This document shows, one piece after another, positions 10,125-19,741 of a stretch of DNA of 64,000 nucleotides. Positions within the stretch are counted from its first letter, which is position 1; every line of letters begins with the position of its first letter. Location: assembly GCA_964609585.1 (NCBI GenBank), contig CAZSRA010000001.1:156697-220696 (forward strand), given 5' to 3'. The notes under the pieces were generated by a model. The model saw only the letters and a program-made list of their open reading frames with translations. It was not told where the DNA came from and did not search any database. The stretch comes from an uncultured Candidatus Saccharimonadales bacterium. Lineage in GTDB: Bacteria > Patescibacteriota > Saccharimonadia > UBA4664. Both the position numbers and the translations under genes were made by a program.

Positions 10125-11228
10125 TTAGGCCTTGGGGCCAATTTGACTGTTGAGATAGGCCTCAATGAAGAGCTCGAGATTGCCGTCAAGGACACCCTGG
10201 GCGTCATTCGTTTCAGCACCTGTGCGGACGTCTTTGACCTTGGTGTAGGGGTGGAGGACATAGTTTCGGATTTGGCTTCCCCATTCGGCCGATTTGTCGC
10301 TGGCTCGCAGGTCGGTGAGCTCGGCTTTGTTTTGCGCCTCCATGAGAGTGGCCAGGCGAGATTTTAAAATAGCCATGGCTTTTTCTTTGTTTTGGAGTTG
10401 GGAACGCTCATTTTGGATGGCGACGACAAGGCCGGAGGGAATGTGCGTAATGCGTACGGCTGAGTCGGTAGTGTTTACCGACTGGCCGCCGTGGCCGCCG
10501 GAGCGGTAGACGTCGATGCGAAGGTCTTTGGGATCGATCTCGAGCTCGGGACCAGAATCGATTTGAGGCAAAACTTCGACGAGCGCGAAAGAGGTTTGAC
10601 GTAGGTTGTCGGAATTGAAGGGGCTTAGGCGTACGAGACGGTGCACTCCCCCTTCCCCTTTGAGCTTGCCATAGGCGTAGGGGCCATTAACTTCGAACGT
10701 GACACTTTTGATGCCGGCTTCTTCGCCGGGCGAGGTGGAGTCGATTTCGGCGACAAAGCCTTCGCGTTCGGCCCAGCGCAGATACATGCGCTCAAGCATT
10801 TCGGCCCAGTCTTGAGCATCGGTGCCGCCGGTGCCGGCGTGGATTTCAACGATGGCAGACGAACGATCGTGGGGGCCGGAGAGTTTGAGTTCGAATTTGC
10901 GGCGGTCGAATTCGGTTTGGGCGGTTTCGTAGAGTTCGCGGATTTGGGCACTGAGTTCAGGGTCGTGGCTGTCTTGTTCAAGGCGAGCTAGATCGAGTGT
11001 TTCGCGGGCTTCAGCTCGGAGCCGGGTCCAAGACTCAATATGCCGATTGAGTGCTGCGAGGGTTTTGGAGATTTCGCTTGCGCCTATGGGGTTGGACCAG
11101 AAATTGGGGTCGAGTGTCTGCTCGTGTAGAGCCGTAGCTTTGGCTTGGTCAGTGTCGATATCGAGCTGAATCATAGCGGCACTAATGTCGCTGTCGAGGG
11201 TTTCTAACTGGCGGATTAATTCTTGCAT
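10125..11228 (-). CDS. prfB: Peptide chain release factor 2 (no programmed frameshift)
   Basis: SPF and GGQ motifs; continuous ORF. The true start is probably MQELIR (ATG 11226-11228), because the ORF-track N-terminal extension runs through a terminator hairpin. Confidence 0.85.
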   Translation of the reverse strand: MQELIRQLETLDSDISAAMIQLDIDTDQAKATALHEQTLDPNFWSNPIGASEISKTLAALNRHIESWTRLRAEARETLDLARLEQDSHDPELSAQIRELYETAQTEFDRRKFELKLSGPHDRSSAIVEIHAGTGGTDAQDWAEMLERMYLRWAEREGFVAEIDSTSPGEEAGIKSVTFEVNGPYAYGKLKGEGGVHRLVRLSPFNSDNLRQTSFALVEVLPQIDSGPELEIDPKDLRIDVYRSGGHGGQSVNTTDSAVRITHIPSGLVVAIQNERSQLQNKEKAMAILKSRLATLMEAQNKAELTDLRASDKSAEWGSQIRNYVLHPYTKVKDVRTGAETNDAQGVLDGNLELFIEAYLNSQIGPKA

Positions 11229-11251
11229 ATCGATATTATACCGTGACGAAC

Positions 11252-11280
11252 AAAAAAGACCCATGATTGGGTCTTTTTTG
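11252..11280. terminator. Bidirectional rho-independent terminator between the LPXTG gene and prfB
   Basis: CAAAAAAGACCCA-ATCATG-GGTCTTTTTTG hairpin flanked by A/T runs. Confidence 0.6.
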
Positions 11281-11296
11281 CTTAGCGACAAACGTG

Positions 11297-12016
11297 TTAT
11301 TTGCGCTTGCGAGAGCGAATGTAGGCTACGCTGGTACCGATGATGGCGCTGAGGCCAAGGCCGGTTGAGCCCATGGCGGCACCGGTATCGGGCAGAGTTG
11401 TAGGTTGAATCGAGGTGCCGAGAGTCTCGCCCATACCGGGGGTTGGCGTCGGTACCGGGGTGGGGTTCGGAGTTGGTATGGGGGTTGGAGTAGGCGTGGG
11501 TGTTGGAGTGGGGGTTGGGGTCGGCACCACGACATTCACGTAGGCCACATCACAACCTTTTTGAGGAACTTTATGGTCGATGGAATCGCCCGTAAAGCAG
11601 GCAGTATTTTTGATAAGACCAGCGTTGGTGGCCGTAACTTTTACGGTAACAGTGCGCTGTATAGTCTTTTTCATACCAACGGTGCCTAGGTTGTAGGAAT
11701 CGGCTTTAACAAGCGCGAGCCCGGCGGGCAGGTTGTCGGTGACGAGCGTGTTGATCATCTCATCATTGCTAGCGGTGGCTTGGTTTGAAACTGAGATAGT
11801 GTAAACCAGCGTATCGCCAGGGTGGACGGTGAGGGCGCTGGCCGAAGTGTCGGCAGCAACGTTCGCAGAAGCGGTTGTAACATCCTTAACATTTTTTGTA
11901 ATAATACCCTGTGGATGGCAAGCGGCAGCGATGCCCATGCCCAAGACAGCGAGAGTGCTTGCGGCTACGAGGCCTTGGGTAAGGCGGCGTGCTCGTGTGT
12001 AGTTTGTAGTATTCAT
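11297..12016 (-). CDS. LPXTG cell-wall-anchored surface protein with PT-repeat stalk
   Basis: Signal peptide; (PT)n linker; LPDTG, then a hydrophobic segment, then an RSRKRK tail. Confidence 0.75.
   Translation of the reverse strand: MNTTNYTRARRLTQGLVAASTLAVLGMGIAAACHPQGIITKNVKDVTTASANVAADTSASALTVHPGDTLVYTISVSNQATASNDEMINTLVTDNLPAGLALVKADSYNLGTVGMKKTIQRTVTVKVTATNAGLIKNTACFTGDSIDHKVPQKGCDVAYVNVVVPTPTPTPTPTPTPTPIPTPNPTPVPTPTPGMGETLGTSIQPTTLPDTGAAMGSTGLGLSAIIGTSVAYIRSRKRK
11440..11536 (-). repeat. Hexanucleotide tandem repeat encoding the (Pro-Thr)n linker
   Basis: Repeated GGNGTNGG units on the plus strand, translating to PTPTPTPTPTPTPTPIPTPNPTPVPTPTP. Confidence 0.6.
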
Positions 12017-12156
12017 GGTGTAATAAACTCCTTCACGTTCACTAAATTTGAACGATTAAATACTATACTACAGATTAATGTTTTTGTCAATGATGCTTAT
12101 GGTAAAAAGACGAAAAAGTCGCTTCATACCTGGCTAGTAATGTCGACTGCAAGCGG

Positions 12157-14604
12157 TTAATTGGAGGGGTTTGTATTGGGCATGGGCGGGAATTTGAAGG
12201 GCGGGAAGGTTATAGAGGGTGGGACTGGAAAGGTGGGTAGTCCGGGATCTGTGGGTGTAGTGGGTTTCGACGCTTGGGGTACGAACGTGGCGCACGGTTT
12301 TGTGGGCACGGCGGTTGTCATGAACACTTCGCTATAGCCTAAGTCCCAAGGATTGGCGATACCACCGTCGCTGAAGCAGACTTTGGCGGTAGTAATACCC
12401 GCTGGAGCTGTGAAATTGACGACTGGATCGGCGGCAAGGGCGCCCTGCATGTAATCGTGCCAGATGGGGGCGGCGCCGGTGATGCCGTCGACGTTTTCCA
12501 TGGCGGTATGGTCATTGTTGCCCACCCAGACAGCGGTGACTAGCTGCGGAGTGTAGCCGACCGTCCAGTTGTCGCGAAAGTCGTTAGTGGTACCAGTTTT
12601 GGCGGCTGCAGGACGTCCGGTAAGGGTGAGGGGACCGCCGGCAGGGAATTCTGGCTGACGGGAGCTGTCGTCGGTGAGAATGCTTGTGATCATGAAAGCG
12701 ATGCGAGGATCGAGGGCGGTGGTGGGTTTTGTGTTTTCGGGTTTTGTAATGTCTTTGCCGTAGCGATCGGTGACCTTAAGAATGGCGCGAGGTTCGACTC
12801 GCTGACCGTTGTTGTCGAAAGTGGCGTAGGCGGTAGCCATGTCGATGGGCCGTACTTCTCCCCCACCCAGGACGAGTGCCAGGCCGTAGCGGGATTCGTC
12901 TTGAAGGGTGGTGATGCCGAGGTCGTGGGCTGTTTGAATCGTGTCATGGATGCCGGCAAACTGAAGGGTTTTAACGGCTGGAATGTTGAGTGAGTTGTCG
13001 AGCGCGTGGCGAACCGTGACGACGCCGTGGAAGCGCAAATCATAGTTTTGAGGCGTGTACATGGTGCCATCGCCGTTTGGTACCGATAGGGGTACGTCGT
13101 CGATTGTAGTGGCACCGGTCCAGCCTTTTTTGAAAGCAGTGGCGTAGGCAAAAGGTTTGAAGCTGGAGCCTGGCTGGAGCTGGGAGAGCGTGACATTGAC
13201 ATTGCCAAAGCCGGGAGCGTTGTAGTCGACGCTGCCGACCATCGCGACAATATCGCCGGTTTTGGGTTCGAGCGAAATAAGGGCACCGTTGGTAACATGG
13301 TGGCTGGCGAGAGCGCTGACGCGTGCAGAAACGGTTTGTTCGGCGAGCTCTTGTTTCGAAAGATCAAGGGTAGTTTGAACTTTAATGTTGCCGTTTTCGA
13401 CCATGTCTTCACCGTATTTGGTCCGCAATTGATCTAGGACATAAAACACAAAGTGTGGCGCACGGATCGTAATGGTTTTGGCGTAAACCTGTATGGGTTC
13501 GGCTTTGGCGAGCTTGGCGGCTGCAGAGGTGATTTTCCCGAGGGTAGCCATGCGGTCTAGCACATAGTTGCGACGGCCGGTAGCGGCGGCGAGATTAACG
13601 TTGGGGTCGAGTCTGCTCGGGCCAAGTGGGAGTCCTGCGAGAAGAGCAGATTCTCCCAGCGTAAGGTCTTTTGGCGCTTTGTGAAAATAGGTGAGGCTTG
13701 CTGCTTCCACGCCCGATGAGCCTTCGCCGTAGTAAGTCTCGTTTAGGTACATTTCGAGGATTTGGTCTTTGCTGTAGCGTTGTTCGAGGGCAATAGAGAG
13801 GAGAAGCTCTTGGTATTTGCGCTCCAAATTCTTTTGAGAGGTGAGCAGTGCATTTTTTACCAGTTGTTGAGTGAGGGTTGAGCCACCTTCCTGCGTATTT
13901 TGGTGGGTGATGTCAGTAACAGCAGCTCTCATGGTCCCGCGTAGCGAGAAGCCAGGGTGATCATAAAAAGCCGGGTCTTCGGCGGCAAGCGTGGCATCTT
14001 GGAGGGTTTTTGGCACCTCTGCTAGCTTAACTTGGCCACTCGAACTAGCCCCGTACCCCTCAAATAATATTTGTCCGTTGCGATCGGTAATAATGGTACC
14101 GGTTTTTTTCTTGGCGAGCAGCGCGGCAGGGCTGGAAATATCGCTGGCATAGGTTTTTAGGGTGGTTGTCGCAGTGTTGATGCAGGTAGCTGCGAAAGAA
14201 ACGACCGCTAGGGCGGCTATGAGGGCGTAAGAAATCTTGGCTTTTTTGCTGGACAAAATATGGGCAATGCGTGCGAGAGTGGCGGCGAAATCTTTTGTGA
14301 TTGATGGTGTATAGGTGATTGCGGCTTCGAGGCTATAATGAGAGGCAAATCTCACATTTTGGATGCCGCGCAAGATAGTGTCTGAAGTTGCGAGCCCAGC
14401 TTCAAATGCATAGGCTCTAAGCTGAGTAGCCTTTGGGCGGGCAGTTTGCCATAAGAATTGGCCTATTTCTGTGAATATTTGCCGCACGAGCGGCATTTCG
14501 CCGGCAAGTTGCGAAAGACTAACGGGCGCTGGTGCTGCCGATGATAAGGTCTCGTAAAAGGCTGGTTGGGGCTGACTGCGATGTTTGCGCCTAGTTTTAG
14601 CCAT
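12157..14604 (-). CDS. Class A penicillin-binding protein (transglycosylase/transpeptidase, PBP1A-like)
   Basis: GT51 motifs EDPAFYDHPG and GGSTLTQQL; transpeptidase SxxK/SxN/KTG; Pro/Thr-rich C-terminus. Confidence 0.85.
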   Translation of the reverse strand: MAKTRRKHRSQPQPAFYETLSSAAPAPVSLSQLAGEMPLVRQIFTEIGQFLWQTARPKATQLRAYAFEAGLATSDTILRGIQNVRFASHYSLEAAITYTPSITKDFAATLARIAHILSSKKAKISYALIAALAVVSFAATCINTATTTLKTYASDISSPAALLAKKKTGTIITDRNGQILFEGYGASSSGQVKLAEVPKTLQDATLAAEDPAFYDHPGFSLRGTMRAAVTDITHQNTQEGGSTLTQQLVKNALLTSQKNLERKYQELLLSIALEQRYSKDQILEMYLNETYYGEGSSGVEAASLTYFHKAPKDLTLGESALLAGLPLGPSRLDPNVNLAAATGRRNYVLDRMATLGKITSAAAKLAKAEPIQVYAKTITIRAPHFVFYVLDQLRTKYGEDMVENGNIKVQTTLDLSKQELAEQTVSARVSALASHHVTNGALISLEPKTGDIVAMVGSVDYNAPGFGNVNVTLSQLQPGSSFKPFAYATAFKKGWTGATTIDDVPLSVPNGDGTMYTPQNYDLRFHGVVTVRHALDNSLNIPAVKTLQFAGIHDTIQTAHDLGITTLQDESRYGLALVLGGGEVRPIDMATAYATFDNNGQRVEPRAILKVTDRYGKDITKPENTKPTTALDPRIAFMITSILTDDSSRQPEFPAGGPLTLTGRPAAAKTGTTNDFRDNWTVGYTPQLVTAVWVGNNDHTAMENVDGITGAAPIWHDYMQGALAADPVVNFTAPAGITTAKVCFSDGGIANPWDLGYSEVFMTTAVPTKPCATFVPQASKPTTPTDPGLPTFPVPPSITFPPFKFPPMPNTNPSN

Positions 14605-14693
14605 AGCAAGGAAGCCCCGAGGTTAGTTGTGATTTTAGACAAATATCGTAGCGATTGTTGGCAGATATTACAATACGCAAATTGCCGAGACTG

Positions 14694-17018
14694 TTATGAT
14701 CTCGAAATGCGTTTACGCTTGGATTTTGCAGGGGCGGCTTCCAGGAGGGCGGTTGCTTGTGCGAGATCAATAGCGTCGGGGGTGGTGTCTTTGGGGATTT
14801 TGGCATTTTTCTTACCATCGGTAATGTAGGGGCCAAAGCGACCGTTCAATATGACGATGGGCGAATTTTCGAATGACTTGATGTGTTTGGCGGCATCGGC
14901 GGCGGTTTTTTCGACAATGAGCTCGAGCACACGAGGCAGCGTGATGGTGAAGGGGTCGTCGGGTTTAATAGAGACGTAGCTAGAGCCGTATTTGGCGTAG
15001 GGTCCAAAGCGGCCGAAGTTGACGGCAATGTCTTTGTCGTCGGTGGTTTGACCGATAATGCGGGGAAGTTTGAACATCTCGAGAGCTTCCTCGAGGGTGA
15101 CATCGTCGATGCGGCGACCGGTGGGAACGGGGGCGAATTTGGGTTTGTCGTCGTTGCCGTCTTTGTCTTTGTCAGTGGCGCTGCCAAGCTGAAGCATGGG
15201 TCCAAAGCGGCCGAGGCGCGCGATGATGGGTTTGCCGGTTTTGGGGTCGGTACCTAGCTCGCGGGCTCCGGCGGCTTCGAGGCGGGTGATAGAGTCTGCG
15301 GCCAGCACGGTGTCGTGGAAGGGGCCGTAAAATTCGGCGATCATGGCATTCCAGGTTTGTTTACCGTCTGCGATATCATCGAATTCTTCCTCAACTTTTT
15401 TGGTGAAGTCGTAATCGACGATGGCGGGAAAATGGGCTACGAGGAAGTCGCTGACGAGCATGCCGACTGAGGTGGGGACGAGTTTGTTGCGGTCGGCACC
15501 ATAGGTTTCGGTGGTGTTTTGCTCGGTAATGGTGCCTGATTTGAGCTCAAATTTCTTCACCGGACGCTCTTTGCCTTCGAGGTCACCTTTTACAATATAT
15601 TCGCGGTCTTGAATGGTGGAAATGGTGGGTGCGTAGGTGGAGGGGCGGCCGATGCCCATTTCTTCGAGATTTTTGACGAGGCTAGCTTCGGTGTAGCGAG
15701 GTTTGGGGCGGTCGTACAACTGGACGGCGCGCATAATTTGCAGGTTCAAGTTTTGGCCAACAACCAGCGGCGGCAGTATTCCCTCTTCTTCTGTCTCATC
15801 GTCCGTGTCCTGGGCGAGGTAGAGTTTGAGGAAGCCGTCGAAGATGACGACTTCGCCTTTGGCAGTGAGTTTTTCGGGGCGAGTTGAGGTAGCTACGAGG
15901 GCGGTGGTGCGCTCGAGGCGGGCGTCGGCCATTTGTGAGGCTACCGTGCGCTTCCAAATAAGTTCATAGAGGCGCATTTCGCCGAATTCGCCGGTAATGG
16001 TGGGGTGCTCGAAATGGCTGGGGCGGATGGCTTCATGAGCTTCTTGGGCGCCCGCAGATTTAGTAGTGAACTGGCGTTTTTGGTAGTACTTGTCGCCATA
16101 GGTTTTTTTGATCATGGCGGCTGCAGCATCGATGGCGGTGTCGGACAGATGCACGGAGTCGGTACGCATGTAGGTGATTTTTCCGGCCTCGTAGAGGCGC
16201 TGAGCGAGTACCATGGTTTGCTTCACGCTAAAGCCGAGTTTGCGGCTGGCTTCTTGCTGGAGAGTGGAGGTGGTGAAGGGAGCGGTGGGTTTGCGCTCGG
16301 CAGGCTTGGTTTCAAGGCTTGCTATCGAAAATTTAGCTGGCGCGACGTCTTCGAGGAACTTTTTGGCCTCAAGGTCCGTTTTGAAGCGGGTTGGGAGTTC
16401 GGCTTTGAGCGTAGCGCCGTTTGCATCGAATTCGGCGCTTACTTTGTAGCTAAAGCCACTAGTGAAGTTTTCGATCTCGCGCTCGCGCTCCACGATGAGT
16501 CGTACAGCTACACTTTGCACGCGGCCGGCGCTGAGGCCTCCTTGGACTTTTTTCCAGAGTACGGGCGAGAGCTCGTAGCCCACGAGCCGGTCGAGCACGC
16601 GTCTGGCTTGTTGAGCGTCTACGAGATGCTGGTCGATGGTACGGGGGTGCTTGATGGCACCTTCGATGGCGGGTTTGGTGATTTCGTGGAAGACGATGCG
16701 CTTGGTAGTTTTGGGATCGAGTCCGAGGGCCTGACATAGGTGCCAACTGATGGCTTCTCCTTCGCGGTCTTCATCGGAGGCGAGCCACACGGTGTCGACA
16801 GCTTTAGCGATTTTTTTGAGCTCACTAATGCGTTTTTTCTTGTCGGGGCTAATCTGGTACGTGGGCGTAAAGCCGTGCTCGATGTCGATGGACATGCCGG
16901 ATTTTGGTAGGTCGCGTACATGGCCATACGAAGCTTCTACTTGATAATCTTTACCCAAAAATTGGGCGATGGTTTTGCCTTTGGCAGGGCTCTCAACGAT
17001 AACGAGGTTTTTGCTCAT
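14694..17018 (-). CDS. topA: DNA topoisomerase I
   Basis: MSKNLVIVESPAKGKTI TOPRIM N-terminus; active-site Tyr region; basic C-terminal tail. Start set at MSKNLV rather than the ORF-track extension. Confidence 0.9.
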   Translation of the reverse strand: MSKNLVIVESPAKGKTIAQFLGKDYQVEASYGHVRDLPKSGMSIDIEHGFTPTYQISPDKKKRISELKKIAKAVDTVWLASDEDREGEAISWHLCQALGLDPKTTKRIVFHEITKPAIEGAIKHPRTIDQHLVDAQQARRVLDRLVGYELSPVLWKKVQGGLSAGRVQSVAVRLIVEREREIENFTSGFSYKVSAEFDANGATLKAELPTRFKTDLEAKKFLEDVAPAKFSIASLETKPAERKPTAPFTTSTLQQEASRKLGFSVKQTMVLAQRLYEAGKITYMRTDSVHLSDTAIDAAAAMIKKTYGDKYYQKRQFTTKSAGAQEAHEAIRPSHFEHPTITGEFGEMRLYELIWKRTVASQMADARLERTTALVATSTRPEKLTAKGEVVIFDGFLKLYLAQDTDDETEEEGILPPLVVGQNLNLQIMRAVQLYDRPKPRYTEASLVKNLEEMGIGRPSTYAPTISTIQDREYIVKGDLEGKERPVKKFELKSGTITEQNTTETYGADRNKLVPTSVGMLVSDFLVAHFPAIVDYDFTKKVEEEFDDIADGKQTWNAMIAEFYGPFHDTVLAADSITRLEAAGARELGTDPKTGKPIIARLGRFGPMLQLGSATDKDKDGNDDKPKFAPVPTGRRIDDVTLEEALEMFKLPRIIGQTTDDKDIAVNFGRFGPYAKYGSSYVSIKPDDPFTITLPRVLELIVEKTAADAAKHIKSFENSPIVILNGRFGPYITDGKKNAKIPKDTTPDAIDLAQATALLEAAPAKSKRKRISRS

Positions 17019-17134
17019 GATGAATACGGTAACAGTTCTTGCGCTTAATGGTCTAGAGGATTTTTGGTTTGTCCCGACGAGGGGCACTGGCATGAGACCT
17101 TAGCAAGGTAACTGCTGGGCTGTCAAGAAGCGGT

Positions 17135-18313
17135 TTATTTTGTATACAAGAATTCTCGGGTAAGAGGTAGGTTGTTTTGGGGGCCTTTAGTAAAGACATA
17201 CTGGGAGAGGTCGCACTGAGCGTAACGGAAGCTGGCGGCCGAGCAGGCGAGCCAGAAATGCCACATGCGGTAAAAGGGTTCGTCGAACATGGCAATGATC
17301 TCATCTTTATGAGATTCATAGCGGCGCATCCACTCTTCGAGGGTCAGTGCGTAGTGGATGCGCAGGTTTTCATAGTCGATGAGGCGAAAATTGTAATTTG
17401 GGAGAGCGCGGGTGATTTCGCGGTTTGAAGGCAGGTAGCCACCGGGGAAAATGTATTTGTCGATCCAGGGGTCGTTGGGTTCTTCGATTTGTTGGGTGAT
17501 GGTGTGAAGTACCGAGAGACCGTTTGGCTTGAGGAGGCGGTCGATAGCTTGGTAGTAATCTTTATGATTACCTTGGCCGACGTGCTCAAACATGCCAACG
17601 CTTACAATTTTGTCGAAAGTGAGGCCGCGTTTTGGTAGCTCTTGATAGCCAGTGAGTTCGAAGGTGAGTTTGTCTGCTATCCCCTCTCGGATAGCTGCTT
17701 GTTTGCAATAGGCCAGCTGCTCTTCGCTCAGGGTGACGCCGTGGCCGGTGACGCCGTATTTTTTTACAGCAGTGATGAGTAGTGTGCCCCAGCCCGAGCC
17801 GATGTCGAGCAGGTGTTCGCCGGGTTTGAGTTGGAGTTTGCGAAGGATGTGGTCGATTTTCTGCATTTGAGCTTGCTCGAGAGGGTCATTTTCGGATTTG
17901 AAGTAGGCACAACTATAGAGCATGTTTTTGTCGAGCCAAAGTTTGTAAAAATCGTTGCCGAGGTCGTAATGGTGGGCGATATAGCCTTTTTGTTTGCTAG
18001 CGATGTTGCGATGGCGTTTGGCGAGGCGAAGGGTTTTTTCGAGGCTCGAGAAGGCCGATTGGTTTTCGGCGACGAGGCGCACAACGCCTTCTAGGTCGCC
18101 GGTAATGTCAATGAGGCCGTTGGTATAGGATTCGCCAAGGCCAAGTGAGCGGTTTTTGAAAATAGCGCGAAGAGCTTTGGCGGATTTGATGTGCATGGTG
18201 AAATAGGGCTTGGTAGGGCCATATTTGCGCGTATCGTTATCCCAATACACGACTTGGATGCCGCCGCGGGTGAGTTTCTTTAGAATGGTGTCGAAAAGAC
18301 GTTTTTCGAGCAT
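17135..18313 (-). CDS. cfa: Cyclopropane-fatty-acyl-phospholipid synthase family methyltransferase
   Basis: LLDIGSGWGTL SAM motif and CFA-synthase-like length (about 393 aa from MLEKRLF). Confidence 0.8.
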   Translation of the reverse strand: MLEKRLFDTILKKLTRGGIQVVYWDNDTRKYGPTKPYFTMHIKSAKALRAIFKNRSLGLGESYTNGLIDITGDLEGVVRLVAENQSAFSSLEKTLRLAKRHRNIASKQKGYIAHHYDLGNDFYKLWLDKNMLYSCAYFKSENDPLEQAQMQKIDHILRKLQLKPGEHLLDIGSGWGTLLITAVKKYGVTGHGVTLSEEQLAYCKQAAIREGIADKLTFELTGYQELPKRGLTFDKIVSVGMFEHVGQGNHKDYYQAIDRLLKPNGLSVLHTITQQIEEPNDPWIDKYIFPGGYLPSNREITRALPNYNFRLIDYENLRIHYALTLEEWMRRYESHKDEIIAMFDEPFYRMWHFWLACSAASFRYAQCDLSQYVFTKGPQNNLPLTREFLYTK

Positions 18314-18489
18314 GAGGTCAATATAGCATTTGAGTGAGTAGGGTGGAAGATGGTTCTGATGGATGGATTGATTAATATATCCCTTAATGTTATTACTACT
18401 AGCGTTAATGCAGCTACGACTAAACGCGATAGCTGCGTTTTCAAGTCTATAGCTGCACCTCGCAATCAATCGATCGAAAGGGGCGACTC

Positions 18490-19548
18490 ATGTCGCATCT
18501 CGGATCTCGAAAGCCGCGACTGGCGGGCTGGCTTCCAGTGGTACTCGCAGCCATACTGGCGGCGGGTTGTACTGGCGGTGGCTCGTCGTCCGTGGGCGGG
18601 CAAGTCTCGGCTGCTACCTCGGTGTCGGCTTCGGCGAAGTTGAGCGGCTCAACGCCTTCTGCGGCGACTCCGACTTCTGCGACGAATCCCAGTGTGATGG
18701 TGCTCGGCGACTCGTACTCCTCAGGACTCGGGGTGCAACCCAACCAACAGGTTCTGCAGGGGCCTTCGAGCTGCTATCGTTTGCCGGACGGCTGGGGAAG
18801 TAAGTTCGCTACACCAGCCGGTGTGGTGGCATGTGCCGGTGCCGAAACGGCCGATATATTTTCAGCCAACCAGGCTGTCGGAGTGCCGTCCCAGCTCGAC
18901 CGACTGAAGTCGGATGCGAACGCGAAGATCGTGACCATCACGATTGGCGGCAACGATGCCGGCTTCCTGTCGGTGCTGCCGGCGTGTGTGACTGGTTTCG
19001 GCTCAAAGGGCAGTTCGGACTGCAAGAACCATCCGGCAGACCCGAAGCTTTGGTCCAAGGTCGACGCTTGGCTGACGGCTCTGAGTGGCCCAACGGCTGG
19101 AGAGGCTACCAGTACGCTGACTGCTGATGGCCGGCCGGTGTACTCTCTGAAGGATGTCTACCAGGCAATCTACGAGGCCGATCGGTCTGTCGACCGAATT
19201 CTGGTGGTGGGGTATCCCCTTCCCTTCGATGAGACCAAGGTGGGCGCATGTACGGTTGGTGGCCCTTACCAGGTCAGCGATTCGGACAAGCGCTGGATCA
19301 ACAAGCTCGTGATTCGGCTCAACCAAGCGAGTCAGGATGCCGTGAATGCCCTTCAGCGTAGCGGGGTGCCGATCACCTATGTGTCGTTGGCCCCGTCTTT
19401 TGACGGGCATGGGTTGTGTGGAGCCGAAGCTCCCTATCTGAATGGCGTTAGCATCGTGGCTCTGGCGCCATCTCCTGCCGGCTTCCACCCCGATCCGGCA
19501 GGCCAGGCCGCTATTCTTGCGGCCGTCAAGGCGGCAGCTGGAGTGTAG
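18490..19548 (+). CDS. Secreted lipoprotein, SGNH/GDSL-family hydrolase (high-GC ORF)
   Basis: Lipobox LAAGC; Ser/Ala-rich linker; block I VLGDSYSSG; block III GGND; C-terminal FHPD. Confidence 0.7.
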   Translation: MSHLGSRKPRLAGWLPVVLAAILAAGCTGGGSSSVGGQVSAATSVSASAKLSGSTPSAATPTSATNPSVMVLGDSYSSGLGVQPNQQVLQGPSSCYRLPDGWGSKFATPAGVVACAGAETADIFSANQAVGVPSQLDRLKSDANAKIVTITIGGNDAGFLSVLPACVTGFGSKGSSDCKNHPADPKLWSKVDAWLTALSGPTAGEATSTLTADGRPVYSLKDVYQAIYEADRSVDRILVVGYPLPFDETKVGACTVGGPYQVSDSDKRWINKLVIRLNQASQDAVNALQRSGVPITYVSLAPSFDGHGLCGAEAPYLNGVSIVALAPSPAGFHPDPAGQAAILAAVKAAAGV

Positions 19549-19566
19549 CGGGGCTGTAGACCGAGT

Positions 19567-19599
19567 GCGGACGGACGCCTTTCCTGGGTGTCCGTCCGC
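19567..19599 (+). terminator. Strong hairpin downstream of the SGNH lipoprotein gene
   Basis: GCGGACGGAC ... GTCCGTCCGC 10-bp stem; T-run weak. Confidence 0.45.
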
Positions 19600-19741
19600 C
19601 AGGACGAAATTATTTCTCGGGTAGACAAAAGTGCTTAAGTGTGCTAGAGTTTGTCTAATTGTTGATCGTGAATTGCGGACCTCTTTTTTAGCTGGAACTG
19701 CCAATTTGCGAAGCAGTTTTAACTAAAAATTAGGAGTCCCT

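Noticed and set aside
9369-10128. Long ORFs antisense to or overlapping ftsE (9369-9917, 9433-10128, 9446-9691)
   Set aside because: They lie wholly within a well-supported ABC ATPase gene and have low-complexity Ser/Ala/Gly composition; they are shadow ORFs.
10125-11291. Programmed +1 frameshift site in prfB
   Set aside because: The frame is continuous from MQELIR to the stop. No in-frame UGA with a CUU-UGA-C context occurs near the 5' end.
12690-13412. 240-aa ORF inside the PBP1A gene, and similar internal ORFs in der, carB and topA
   Set aside because: These are shadow frames of confidently identified genes with Pro/Ser/Thr-rich low-complexity translations.
14694-17093. N-terminal extensions of topA, cfa, der, the ECF sigma gene, the MFS gene and the YjjX gene as given in the ORF track
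   Set aside because: Conserved protein N-termini (e.g. MSKNLVIVESPAKGK for TopA, MKTIVV for YjjX) begin at internal Met codons. The extensions are unsupported read-through from upstream stops.
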